The position numbers and the translations under genes were made by a program. From NCBI RefSeq assembly GCF_018977255.1, contig NW_024704743.1:52144001-52208000 (forward strand): a stretch of DNA of 64,000 nt. The letters run 5' to 3'. The stretch is from Callorhinchus milii (taxonomy: Eukaryota). Below the pieces are notes generated by a model, which did no database searches, was not told the DNA's origin, and saw only the letters and a program-made list of their open reading frames with translations. Shown here piece after piece: positions 12,825 through 24,780 of this stretch (the stretch's first letter is position 1; the number at the start of each line of letters is the position of its first letter).

Positions 12825-12913
12825 TGTGTGTGTGTATATATATTTCTGTGTGTGTGTATATTTCTGTGTGTGCGTGTGTGTGTGTATTTCTCTGTGTGTG
12901 TGTGTGTGTGTGT
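12825..12913. repeat. Compound (TG)n microsatellite upstream of the Irx4 ATG
   Basis: Four (TG)n blocks separated by tatatttc-type spacers. Confidence 0.9.
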
Positions 12914-13231
12914 TTTGGGTGAGTGCTTTCTCCTGCCAAACAGTTTCGATTTAAAACCATTCCAGCGATTTCAGCCTTCGTTTTTTTTCAAAAAAAAAAT
13001 AACTCGAGATATAAAAAAAAGCTGCCGTAAGGACACGACCGCCGTATATAAAAAAAAGTTTAGTTTTATGTAAATAAATTAAATGTGCCGTTCTGCTTCG
13101 CCCTATCAAGCATCTAGGAGCCAGTGCGCTTGCCAATCAATTGGTACAGTGAAACAGAACAAGACTGCAATAGCGTGGAGATCAGGCGTGGAGATCTCTC
13201 TCTTCTTTCTGGATGTGGGGAGCCCTGGACA

Positions 13232-13276
13232 ATGTCGTACCCACAGTTTGGATACCCCTACACATCTGCACCTCAG
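13232..13276 (+). CDS. IRX4: Irx4 coding exon 1 ([15 protein letters not shown])
   Basis: ATG at 13232; donor CAG|GTGAGT at 13277; phase 0. Confidence 0.95.
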
Positions 13277-16200
13277 GTGAGTCATATCGATCCTTCGATC
13301 GCTTTGATCGGGTCCTGGGGGAGGGAGAGGAGGAGGAGGGGTGGTGGGGGGTGGTGGGGGGTGGTGGGGGGTGGTGGGGGAGTGTGGTGTGGCTAATTGA
13401 TTGCTGGTAACCATTTCGGGATGTAATCGCTGGCAGGCGAGCGATAATCTTTAATTCACTTCAGTTCGGACGATATCGATACGTATCAGTCGTTTAAATT
13501 GAGTTGCCCCGTAACAGTGCGCGGGGACAAAAATAACGAGAGCCGCGCTGTCCTGCAGGGGACATGTTGCTGTCTGGAGAAAGGAAAGCGTTGGGATTGA
13601 AGGGTCCAAAAACCCGGAGCAGACATTCGACAGCAGCGACATATATATATATTATTATTTTTTAATTATTTGCTGTTGTAGTTTCTGATGACCACCAACC
13701 CGCTGAGTGCGTGCTGTGAATCCAGCGGCAGGACGCTGGCGGATTCCGGGGCAGCGGCTTCGGCTCAGACCCCCGTGTATTGTCCCGTGTATGAGAGCAG
13801 ACTGTTGGCCACGGCCAGACACGAGCTAAACTCGGCAGCCGCGCTGGGGGTGTACGGGAGCCCCTACACCACCAGCCAGGGATATGGCAACTATGTCACC
13901 TATGGGACAGACCCCTCCGCTTTCTATTCCCTGGTAAGTAGCCCTCTGATCTGTTCCCTATTGTTATCCCACCCCACACCCCCCACACCCCCCCACACCC
14001 CCCACACACCCCCACACCCCCACACCCCCCACACACCCCCACCCCACCTCCCCACCCCCCCACACCCCCCACCCCCCACACCCCCCACACCCCCCACCCC
14101 CACCCCCCCCCACACCCCCATCCCCCACACACACCCCCACACACCCCCACCCCCCACACACCCCACCCCCCCCCACCCCCCCCCACACCCCCCACACCCC
14201 CCCACACACCCCCACACCCCCACCCCCACACCCCCACACCCCCCACACCCCCACACCCCACACCCCCCCCACACCCCCCCCACCTCCCCACACCCCCCAC
14301 ACCCCCACACCCCCCACCCCCACACCCCCCACACACACCCCCATCCCCCACACACACCCCACACCCCCACACACACCCCACCCCCCCCACACACCCCCAC
14401 CCCACCCCCACCCCCCCCCACACCCCCCCCACACCCCCCCACACACACCCCACCCCCACACCCCCACCCCACACCCCCCACACCCCCACCCCCACCCCCT
14501 CACACCCCCCACACCCCCCCCACACCCCCCACACCCCCACCCCCACCCCCCCCACACGCCCCCACCCCACACCCCCCACACCCCCCACACCCCCACACCC
14601 CCCCACACACCCCCCCACACCCCCCACACACACCCCCCACACACCCCCCACCCCCCCACACCCCCGATTGAGTTTGATGGGAGAAACCAACCCCCCATTT
14701 CACTTTCTAACTATTTACTCTCCTCGGGGTGTATAGCCTTTCGGACGTTGGCTTATCATCACCATCACCATCATCATCTCCTATTTTAATTCAGAGCGAG
14801 TGTTTCAGTTCGCGTGGCTGTCGGTGCAGAGAGGGGAGTCCCTGCATTAAAACAGGGGGTGGATGGAGGGTGTGCAATATCCCACTTGCCTGCAGTTCGT
14901 AACTTGATCTCAAAGTACAACCGACCTCAACTAAGCCTCAACTTGCGCTGTTTACTGCTGGGCAAAAATGACTTTATCCAAAAAAAAATGTTCTTTCCGC
15001 GTCTCGCTTCAAGCAAAATGTGGGTGGGGGGGAGAGGCTTTTTGTTATTTTTATTTCTAGTTCTTTTAACAAAACCGCATTGGAAATCTTGGCAAAGGTT
15101 CGGATTCGCAGGGCCTGCAGTGCACCGTCGGAGACTTGCATTTGGCTTTACTGCACATGAGCCCGTGAAACAGTCATTGGCAGTAAATACAAATAAAAAA
15201 AAAACACACACATACGTAGTTTGGAGGCATTTGCGGTCAGTTCATTCTATTTAATTATATATTTTGGCAAGCGGCACCTGCGGTCCCATAAGCCTGTTTC
15301 TGTGCTGGAGAAACATACATCAATTATATTATGGATACAGCTGCCTGAAAAGGTCCCTTTATAACTGGCTATGACTGAAGTTTCCTCTGTGGATCAATTC
15401 CCAAGCAGGGGAATGTCATGTAACATTTCAGAGCAGCCATGGTCAAACCGCAAAATAACACTGTCATTTTTTTTTTTAAGAATTGCATGAACTAAATCCT
15501 CAATTTAGAATTAAAAAAAAGAAAGAAAGAAAGAAAGAAAGGCATCACAAGCTGGAAGCGGCTCGCGCGTTTTTACCCCTTTTTACCTCTGTTTAAATGG
15601 CTCGAATCCCGGGCTGATCCGGACTGGGGCACACAACAAAAAGCACTGACATAACACGAGGAGGACGGCTGGACCTGCACATTAAATGTCAGCTGAGCAC
15701 CGTGTTGTCGGTACTGATCGGGTTGCAGTACCGCCGCCGCAGTGACACAGTTGCAAAAAAAGCTGCTTTTGCGGATCAAAGGCATCCATCAGCCACAGAG
15801 TTTGGGATGAAGTCGAGGTGTTGGTAATGAAGTCGGGAACTGTCCACATGTCTCTTTCAGAGTCCTTTTGACACCAAGGATGGGACAGGATCTGCGCATG
15901 CGGGGATCGCCCAGGCAGCTGCCTATTACCCATACGATCCCACCTTGGGACAGTATCAGTATGACAGGTGGGCAAATGCATACGCGCTGAGAGCCTCAAA
16001 GAAAGGTGGTTTCGAAGAACATGTACCATCACCAGAGTCCTTCGACTCGTGTATTTGAACCGTTACGTGAAAGGCAGCCGTCGACCACTTCGGACACCCG
16101 CTTAGCACTCTTTCTTCATGTCAGCAATGCAAATAGACAGAAAACTGACCCAAACATAACACCCAGTTAGTGTTAAACTGGTTTGTGCTCTCGTGTGTGT

Positions 16201-18685
16201 CTGTGTGTTGAACGCAGGTGACTATATTTATCAGTTTGTTGAAATGATGTGGCCTCTGTTGAAACAGTGTATGCATATATACTGTTGTATTGGTACATAT
16301 ATATATATATACAGTACTTATTAGTTTCAATATTACCAGAAAGCACTTAAGTTACGACAACACTTCAAGCCCACTGTGTGTGTGTGACCTTTCTTGGCTA
16401 AGTTGCATTAATTATTCAAATGGCGCTGAGTGTCTTATTAAAACACATTTCACTATTGTATTTGAGCAGGAAATGATATTATTGTTTGCTGCATTATATG
16501 TACCTGAATAGTGCATTGCAAGAATAATTATAGTGAACAAAAGCACGAACAACAGGTATAGGCGAATGCTCTTGAGATGTAACTGGAGATGTGAGCGACT
16601 GACTGGTCATTATAGATATTTTCTCCCCCAACTCCCATTGTCCATTTGCAGTCATCTTTGTAACATGGGTTCACCTGGCAATTTTTCAATAGGTTAAGCA
16701 TTTATTCTTCCATTTAATTTAGCATGCGCTCACTCAGTCGTATATTTTGTCACAGTCGGATCAATATTTTATTTTAAAAGCGTGCACACCTCGGTCAGGC
16801 ATCAGAGGTAAAATATTATACAAGTGAAGTGAAGGTAAATGTGGACTTCACAGGATTTTCACCTGTCACACACAAAGGCACACATCACTTGTGCTTTATG
16901 TTCCGTAAATTGGTCGTTATAAGTAAAGAGGACAAACGTCCCCTTTGTGGCTTAGAATATAAAAGTAGGGAAAATACTGTGGCTCAAATAATATCCGCAA
17001 CATCAGTTAAGATATTACAGCAAATTATTTAAGAAGAGTTCCAATTTCTACCCATCGTTTATATCGGCCTGCTATTTTTTGGTATATTACCTAGTTTAGG
17101 TCATTCGTATTAAATTATTTATATATAATAACACATTTCAGTATAAAATCTATGGGATCTTAATGATACTGTGCAATTTCACAGACCCACGTTGCGTATA
17201 AATAATTGACAATAATAATTTCGCACTAAAATGGTGTCTTCATTCCTTTTCTTAAATATAAACTTTTTCTTTTTTTAAAAAAATAATCTTAGATATGGTG
17301 CTGTGGACCCAGGAACCAGGCGCAAAAATGCAACCCGAGAAACGACCAGCACCCTGAAAGCTTGGCTGCAAGAGCACAGGAAGAACCCTTACCCCACCAA
17401 AGGGGAGAAGATCATGCTGGCCATCATCACCAAGATGACCCTGACCCAGGTCTCCACCTGGTTCGCCAACGCCAGGAGAAGGCTCAAGAAGGAGAACAAG
17501 ATGACCTGGTCCCCCAGAAATAAATGCACCGATGACAAGAAATCCTACCGCGATAACGAGGAGGAACATCGGAATGACAAAGACGACGATAAAGATGAGG
17601 ATGGTTGGTCTGCTTTGCACTGTTACCTTCTCCCTGGACAAAATGTTATGATTCACTTAGTGGCAGGTTTTCTGATGGTCGGTGCTTCCATAGTTAAATG
17701 CGGTGGCTCGCATAAAACCACAGGTCAACACTAAAAAAAATCGAGGAAACATTGTACACCCTTGTTATTAAGAATTAAATAATGAAATATAGTCAATGGA
17801 AAAACAGAACTATAGAGTTTAAATCATTTTATATTGTTTTGTTACTCGATGCAACTATGTGACAGGCGGATTAAAGGCCATTTCTAGGCGCTACTTGAAT
17901 TATCTTTTCATTTCTCAAACTGTATTTTGACAGATGCCAGATGTAAAGAGGACAAGGAGGAGCTGCAGCTGAGTGACCTGGATGACTTTGATGGGATCGA
18001 GACAGAAAGCGATGAGTGTGAGTTGAAGGGCCCATTTCAGCAACTGGACAACAATCAGCTCAGGGTTGCAGAATGTCAGCCCGACCATTGCAAGAAGGTT
18101 TCTTTAAAGATAACCCTGCCAACACCAGGAGATCGAGATTCGGAGAAGGTCAAGGACTGTCTCAAACGAGTGATGACTAACTCCGAGCAAGACCTAATGG
18201 TAGGAGGACAGAGAGGGTGTGAAACCAAGCTTTGCTTCCAACAGCAGCATAGCCAGCAGATGCTGGACAACAAGCCTCGGATCTGGTCCCTCGCTCAAAC
18301 CGCTACCTCCTTGAGCCAAACTGAATATCCATCTTGCATGCTGAAACGGCAGCAGCAGGCTGTCTCCTCCTCTCCCCCTTTGATCTCCATGCCTACCAGT
18401 GTGGTGGACAGACACGATTCCCCAGTGACCACCCTAAGGAATTGGGTGGATGGGGTATTCCATGACCCTCTATTCAGGCACAGCACTTTGAACCAGGCAT
18501 TTACCAACACCACCGTTTCCTGGGCTACCACCAAAAGTGGTATGTTGGATACAGAGGCAATGGGACGCTCGTTGGTAACCCCTACAAATATGATCAAAGG
18601 ACAAATCCCGGGTTTACCCCAGCAAGAAACCAACAAGGACCTCTCAGCATTTCCTAAAACAGGAAACAAAATGTTTTGTTCGTAA
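13232..18685 (+). CDS. IRX4: Iroquois-class TALE homeodomain transcription factor Irx4; 5 coding exons join(13232..13276,13682..13933,15861..15967,17293..17603,17934..18685), 488 aa
   Basis: N-terminus [38 protein letters not shown]...[32 protein letters not shown] homeodomain [61 protein letters not shown] (17312-17500), IRO box [13 protein letters not shown] (18272-18310) and C-terminal [27 protein letters not shown]...KMFCS all match Irx4 as I recall it. Exon lengths 45+252+107+311+752=1467, divisible by 3. Confidence 0.96.
13317..13392 (+). repeat. G-rich tract (GGA)n/(GGGGGGTGGT)n in Irx4 intron 1
   Basis: More than four G4-6 runs with short loops, starting 40 nt after the exon 1 donor. 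Confidence 0.9.
13682..13933 (+). CDS. IRX4: Irx4 coding exon 2 (FLMTTNPL...TDPSAFYSL, 84 aa)
   Basis: Acceptor tttgctgttgtAG at 13680-13681; donor CTG|GTAAGT at 13934; 252 nt, phase 0-0. Confidence 0.95.
13968..14665. repeat. ~700 bp C/A-only low-complexity tract (CCCCCACA-like) in Irx4 intron 2
   Basis: Almost exclusively C and A in runs of C3-9 separated by A/ACA; source of the spurious PHT-rich and GV-rich ORFs. Confidence 0.97.
15861..15967 (+). CDS. IRX4: Irx4 coding exon 3 ([36 protein letters not shown]); not in the ORF track
   Basis: Acceptor tctctttcAG at 15859-15860; donor AG|GTGGGC; 107 nt, phase 0-2; the [15 protein letters not shown] motif is typical of Irx4. Confidence 0.94.
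17293..17603 (+). CDS. IRX4: Irx4 coding exon 4 (homeodomain plus start of acidic region)
   Basis: Acceptor tcttAG at 17291-17292 completes the R codon (AG|A). Encodes [16 protein letters not shown]...DKDED. Donor G|GTTGGT at 17604 is weakish but in phase 1, as exon 5 requires. Confidence 0.92.
17934..18685 (+). CDS. IRX4: Irx4 coding exon 5 (acidic region, IRO box, C-terminus, TAA stop)
   Basis: Acceptor ttttgacAG at 17932-17933; G|AT forms Asp; encodes [11 protein letters not shown] and [13 protein letters not shown]; stop TAA 18683-18685. Confidence 0.95.
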
Positions 18686-19181
18686 CAAGACAAATGCTGC
18701 AAACTTTTTCTTTCTGGAGCCTTTTGATGCACAATGAAGAGGCGCAAGGATCTGAATTTTAACTTGAGGCATTCTATTCACAAGCTCAGCCTGTCTTTTA
18801 TTAGACTTTATACATTTCGTCACTGTTTTAAGCTTTCACAAGACAACTGAAATGATCTCAAGAGCTCTTTAACTGAATAGTGTTGTGTAATTTATTCAAA
18901 TCCATGTTGGAACGCACGTCTGAACTTATACTGTAGAACAAAGCAGTAAAGTTTACATCTCAAAGTTTACAGAAATGGGTATCTTAGATTTGGAATTCGA
19001 AATCTGCTTAAAAGCATGCAAATGTAATTCTCTCCCAAACTCCATTTTTTAAATGTGTGTCTTACCATCCAGCTCTGCAACGAGTCACAAGCAACACTTG
19101 TTTAAAAAAAAAGTTTACACCATTGCACAAGTCTTTGGCTTTAAAAGATACGAGAGTATATGTTAAACATATGTGCACTGA

Positions 19182-19187
19182 AATAAA
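19182..19187 (+). terminator. Probable Irx4 polyadenylation signal AATAAA (3'UTR ~18686-19205)
   Basis: First AATAAA I see after the stop codon, followed by GT/T-rich sequence (gtgctgtttt...gagtgtcgtattt). Confidence 0.6.
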
Positions 19188-21372
19188 CGTGCTGTTTTAG
19201 AGGTAATTAACGAGTGTCGTATTTATCGGTAGTTGGAACTGATTTAAAATTAGGTTAAAGCGATATAATTTCAGTTTTACATCTTGAAAATATATTATAC
19301 ATGAACCTTTGCACAACCCATTTTGTTCGCTTTATTTCTTCCAGATACTGTGCAGATAACTTGCAACTCGTAAAATATATTAAAGAACACCATCGCGCAC
19401 TCGCATAGCACAAATTCCCTTTTTTTCAGTGAAAAAATAATGCACGCGTACAATCGCCTTCCCTTCAGCCAGCGACATTTTGAGTGTTATTGCGTATTGC
19501 AGTTGAACTCGGTGCTGCAATGTTATTGCTGGATAAATCAATGACCTGATTATGTTTATGCCTAAAATATTAACTCTTTCTTTATTTTTCTTGGCAAAAT
19601 TGCAATGAATCAGGATAAAGGCTTAAGTGGGTAATTGTTATAAAATTAATTGTCACCAATGCTTTTCAGTCCAGTTGGCACAGTTGCGAGAAAACGTATT
19701 TTAAATGGTTACTGTGGCATGGTGCCTATTCATTTTTTATAACTGGGATGTGTGTGCTAAATTTATGTTTAACTTCGCAAGGCATTTAATACAGTAAAAG
19801 GCCGCTTTTTGTCTAATATGTTAAAATAAAATGAGAGCAGCCAAGGCGGTGTGACACTCACTCAATAGTTTAAAAACAAAGAAATATTCACAAGGATGTT
19901 TTTGGTGGTCAAAACATTAAACGATGCATAAATTCATTGCACACAACTCAATACGCTCTGAATGACTACTTTGCTCCCACAAAACAAAAAACTGCAGGCT
20001 TGAATTATTCAGTTAATGGCATTATATAAAAAGCTGAAGTTCGCCAAGAATAATACTCATCGTTTCCTACAGTCTGAAACACTCTTCTGAGAATGTTGTG
20101 ATAAACTCCGAGAGCTAAATTGTGCACCAAATCCACATTACCCACCAACAGACTTCAGAATATAACGATCATTGGATAAACAGGCGTCCAATCCCCATCT
20201 GCTCTAACTCTTTTATTTTCATTTATTTCATCCTAGTAAGATGAACAAAAATTAAACATTGTAGGTTTCTGCTACCAGCTTCGTAGCTCACGGTGCATAT
20301 GGGTCCACATGTGTAGGAACTATCCTAAATCACATCTGCACATCTCTCTAATTCTCAGTTAAATCGGATGGTGTCTGTAAAAATTTTATAAGCATCTTGC
20401 AATTTTAATGACGGCTGCGAAGTGTACTGTATTAAGCTGCTAAATGGATCGTTTTCAAATCACGATTTGGGAAACAACCTTTTAACACTCAAGAAGAGCA
20501 CATTTTCCGATTGCGTGTATGGTGCATTTGGTATAAATAGGGCCTGAACTTTAGTCACACCGGCCTTAACGAGAAAAAGAGATCGAATTTGACAACTGTA
20601 TTTTTAATTGTTCATTAAAACACAGCAGACAGGCTATGCGAAACACAATATGTCCAGTCCTATTGGTAAACACGATCTATCTATCATATAATTTTGGGTA
20701 CAAATTATGCACTAAGGAAGAAAATCCAATTTATCAGCTCATAGTTATGGTGGCTGAATACAATAGCTTATACATTTATCATGAGTGAGATCTACCACAA
20801 TAGGAATTTATGCAGTCACATTTGCTGTCACTGTATTAAACTTCCCTGCTCTCTGATGATATTGTCGAGATCACAAACGCTGCTATTTGCTGGACCCACT
20901 TGTCAAAGACTCTGACAAGAGCTCTGGTCGCCAAAATGTGCAACAGCCAAGATAATTTGAAGTGAAATTTTCATTTTGACACTAACCCCTCAATTTCCAG
21001 AGGCTCTGCACCCTATGATCTCCAAGGCAGCCTCGGCTTTACAGTGAGCCACGTCTTCGCTGAAAAGGGCAAAAGAACTTGAATTAGTTGTAATAGATAA
21101 AAGGGCAAAAAAAGAGTCAAAGGTACTTGACAGTAATAGCGAAAGTCTATTCTCCAGGGGGAAGTGTACAGCTAGAGGCTGGAGTATGATGAATTTTAAT
21201 GTAGCCTGGGCCAGCCGGAGCCTCTAAACTGAAACCTTACACAAATAAATAATTTTCAAAAATAATGCGACTGACAAAAGTCTGGGTAAATGCAGCCATT
21301 AAAGCCGGTGGAGGTGGGGAGGATGCAATTGTGCTGAAATTGGAAGGGAAAGGTAAGATTGTGCTGAGGGTG

Positions 21373-21416
21373 GAGAGAGAGAGAGAGAAGAAAAAAAGAG
21401 AGAGAGAGAGAGAGAG
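21373..21416. repeat. (GA)n/poly-A purine microsatellite
   Basis: gagagagagagagagaagaaaaaaagagagagagagagagagag. Confidence 0.9.
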
Positions 21417-23749
21417 CAGGATCAGTTTTCGCTGGTACTCTAAATCATTCAGCCGTGGCAAATTCAAACACACAGAGGAGGGGATGCTAAATTAACAGCG
21501 CTTTTTACATAGAGCCCAAATAAAATTGTAATCACCGACGCGTTACTTTTCATTAACCGAGTTTGACAGCGGCATATTCAGCCTCGACAAGGGAACACAA
21601 GCGAGGAAATAACTGCTCTCCAAACCCACAGTCATAAGATAATTCCTTAAGCTCCATTAACAACTCTTAGCCGCAGGAAATGGGCTCCTTGAAAACATCT
21701 CGAAATCTAAAAGCTTTATCGACCTCTCAAACCTTTGCTGATGGTTCTATTTTTTTTTTTAACTCCGAGAAAGATGTCCAGCCGAGGTAATAGACTCTGA
21801 CACGACACCTTCTCATTTGTGAAAAAAAAGGCAGTCTTAAACGATATTTGAAAATCTACCGATTAAAGGTTTAAAATTCATTGGCACACGAGAATATTGA
21901 TGATTTATGATATGTATATATATATATATATATATTTCTGCCCACACGTGCTCCTGATATATTTAACAGGAAATAAAATAGCAATGAGCTTTTTGCATAA
22001 GATAAAAAAAAATCATTTAATCGAGGATAATGTTAAGGTAATGGGAGGTTTACACATTTTACCACGCGTCAAAACCATCATTCGTCAGATCAATGATCAA
22101 AGAAAAGACGCTCAATTCATTTAAGACCAAGATGCCACTGCTTAAATTAATTTTCCATTTTTTAAATGATCCCAGTTGTATATTTCTAAAGGAATGTTTC
22201 TATAGTTGGAGGATCACGTCCACGAAGAGCGAGCAGCAAGGTTACAACATTCAGCTTTACAATACACTTTGGTATCTTAACTGTGTGAGTCCTTGTCTAT
22301 AAACAAGTGTCTGTCTATATGTGTGTGTCTGCATATGAAAGTGTGTGTGCATATACGTAAACTACATAAACTAAATTAAACACGGGAGGAAGAAAGCCAA
22401 TCCTGTTTGTCTACAATATACAGGCAAATTCTTCATATAAGCAAATACTCAGAAATTCCTAGTTTACTCCAATCTTAGCATGGCTGTAATGCATTATATC
22501 AGGTCTACTGATAGACTTGGGTATATGAGCTGCGTTTGAATATCTCAACCTATGGGATGAATATACGGTTACTGGATACGGTCCAATTCAACTAAAAAAT
22601 AGTAATTCAAGCACTGGTTTACTTCAAGGAAGACTTCGCTCATTAATTTCTATGTCATTAAATGACTGTCGAAAACAAACTGCTTGTTTATAAACATTTT
22701 ATTTCAATTTGCAGTTCACTTCAGTGGTCTGAAGTGACCTTGCACCTCCTGTTAGTCTGCATCATTAATCCTCTGTTAATGACCCTCAGTCGCACAGCAA
22801 AAGCCTCAACAATTGGTGAGAGCAAATCTATGGTTATAGTTTGCAAATCAGATCAGACTGAACCTGCCTAAAATCCCCATCATTAATACCCAGTATATTT
22901 GCAAGGCGGTTTATCCACAATGAATCAATGCCACTTAGCTCAACAGCTGTTTTCACACTGGCATGATTTGGGTCCATGCAAGAGTAACCTGGCAGCAAGC
23001 TTGCCAAATCACCCCAAACTATGCCTCCAAGTTCTCCTGCTTCACAGGTGCCCACCCACCCCTCTCCATATCTCAGACCATGCATAGCACATTCCATCTG
23101 TCAGCAGCCCCTGCCAATCTAAAATATACATTTCTTCAAAATTTCAATGCAGGTTTATACCCTGTTTAGACACAGACAGAGATTATTACATCAGCTCTTA
23201 TAGCACCTTTACACTTGTATGCTATAATAGTCTATTTATACTGTTCTGCCAGCAACAGTAGGAGCAACCAGTCTATGAGTGGCGCTCTCCCTGCCACAAG
23301 CTGGTTTACCCTGCTGTTTTGCAATGGAAGGCTGGTGAGAATGTGGCCCAGAAAAACAGTGGTGTCACCATCCACCAGGTCCATTTTGAAGGAAGAAGCA
23401 GCATGCTATCCAAGGCATGGCTAGAAATCTCCTTAACATCAACAACAACAAGATTACATTTGTATAGCACCTTTCACGTCAGGAGGACATCCCAAGGCAC
23501 TGTCGCGATAATCATTCCCATCAGCTTTCAGTACAAATGAATGTCTTGCCCTCTGAATAGGCTATTAGGTTCCAAATTTGTAAAAGTTAATTTCACAAGT
23601 TGAAGCAGTTATTATATTGGCTACATTACAATACTGTGAAATGTTATCGCAGTGACCAATTTGCCAAAAATTCATTTTACTTAAGAACAGGAAGGTATAA
23701 TAATTCTTACATTTGACAATGACCCTCATCACATCATCAAGACGTCTCA

Positions 23750-24110
23750 AACCACTTCACAGGATACACTGCAAAGTGTAGTGACTGTGTATTTTTTAGG
23801 TGAAGACAGCAGCCAATTTGCACACGGTAATGTCCAAAAATAGCCAGGTAGTGAATGGTCAATTTTATCTGGGGATTGTAGGCCATGACACCGGGAGAAA
23901 CTCTTTCCTTTTTTCAAATATTGCCATAGGATCTTTAGCATCTACTTGAACAGGTAGATGTAACCTGGGTTTAAAGTCTCAGCTCCAACAAAGCAGCATA
24001 CCCCCAATAGTGTACTACAGTGTCAGCTTAGACCATGAGTTCAAAGTTCTGATGGGGGGCCTGAAGCCACAACCTTCTGACTTGGAAATGACAATGCTAC
24101 CAACTAAGCC
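23750..24110 (-). mobile_element. Old degenerate Deu-type SINE
   Basis: cagcagccaatttgcacac...tgccataggatctttagcatctacttgaacaggtagatg...gccacaaccttctgact resembles the reverse of a SacSINE1/AmnSINE1-like consensus. Confidence 0.6.
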
Positions 24111-24584
24111 TGACAAAGATATGAATCATCATGCACGCCAAACTATCGAAAAAGTAAAGCTTATTTCTTCCTTAGTATATAAATCTGAGTTATTTCTTCA
24201 TTTTAGGGCATCCGATTGGAAATCAAAACTAGCTTGTCAGACTCCGCCACTGTGAAGTGCTCCGGGACGCTAACCCGTGTGAAGTTAAATGCAAGTTGTT
24301 GTTACTGTTGTTGTTGTATCAGGCAATTATAATACGTTCAAAATCCTGGCCCACACTGAAAGAATTAATTATATTTTCTTATTTTGTTACTGTTCTGATC
24401 TATGTCAATTGGGAAACAAACCAAAATAATTTCTCTGCAGATTGGGAATTTGATTTTGCATGATCTGCCACCCGTTCCAGTCCTAACATATAAACAACCA
24501 GAGTGACTCTTTCACACATGGAAAAAATTTGCTTTTCAGTCATTAAGTTGCCCCAGTGAGAATAACAGGTATATATTCTCCAGA

Positions 24585-24780
24585 ACTCTGCAACCCATGC
24601 TTTCTCCCACACCAGGTCTATCACCCCCAGCCTTGTTCCTCTCCACTGGTGGCCGATCCCCCAGTGGATCGAGTTCAAGATCCTAGTTCTCACTGCATGG
24701 TCTCCCACCCAATGTACCTCTGCAACCTCCTTCACATCATCCTTCTGACATGAAAGGCATTACACAAATGTAAATTGCAG
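24585..24780 (+). mobile_element. Degenerate L2 3' fragment
   Basis: ctccactggtggccgatcccccagtggatcgagttcaagatcctagttctcac corresponds to L2 LHWLPI..RIEFKILVL; ends in an L2-type tail. Confidence 0.6.

Noticed and set aside
13045..13053. TATATAAAA as the TATA box
   Set aside because: It lies in an A-run-rich stretch that may be 5'UTR; cannot be assigned without TSS data.
13688..14671. 327-aa ORF with a Pro/His/Thr-rich tail as a novel extensin-like protein
   Set aside because: It is Irx4 exon 2 read through a consensus GTAAGT donor into a C/A tract that cannot contain stop codons.
13896..14703. Gly/Val/Trp/Cys-rich minus-strand ORFs
   Set aside because: Artefacts of the G/T-only reverse strand of the same tract.
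13232..18685. Alternative identity as Irx6 or another Irx paralogue
   Set aside because: The N-terminal, exon 3 and C-terminal motifs match Irx4 specifically as I recall them; a phylogeny would be decisive.
17252..18747. Antisense ORFs over exons 4 and 5
   Set aside because: Shadow frames of the Irx4 CDS with no independent support.
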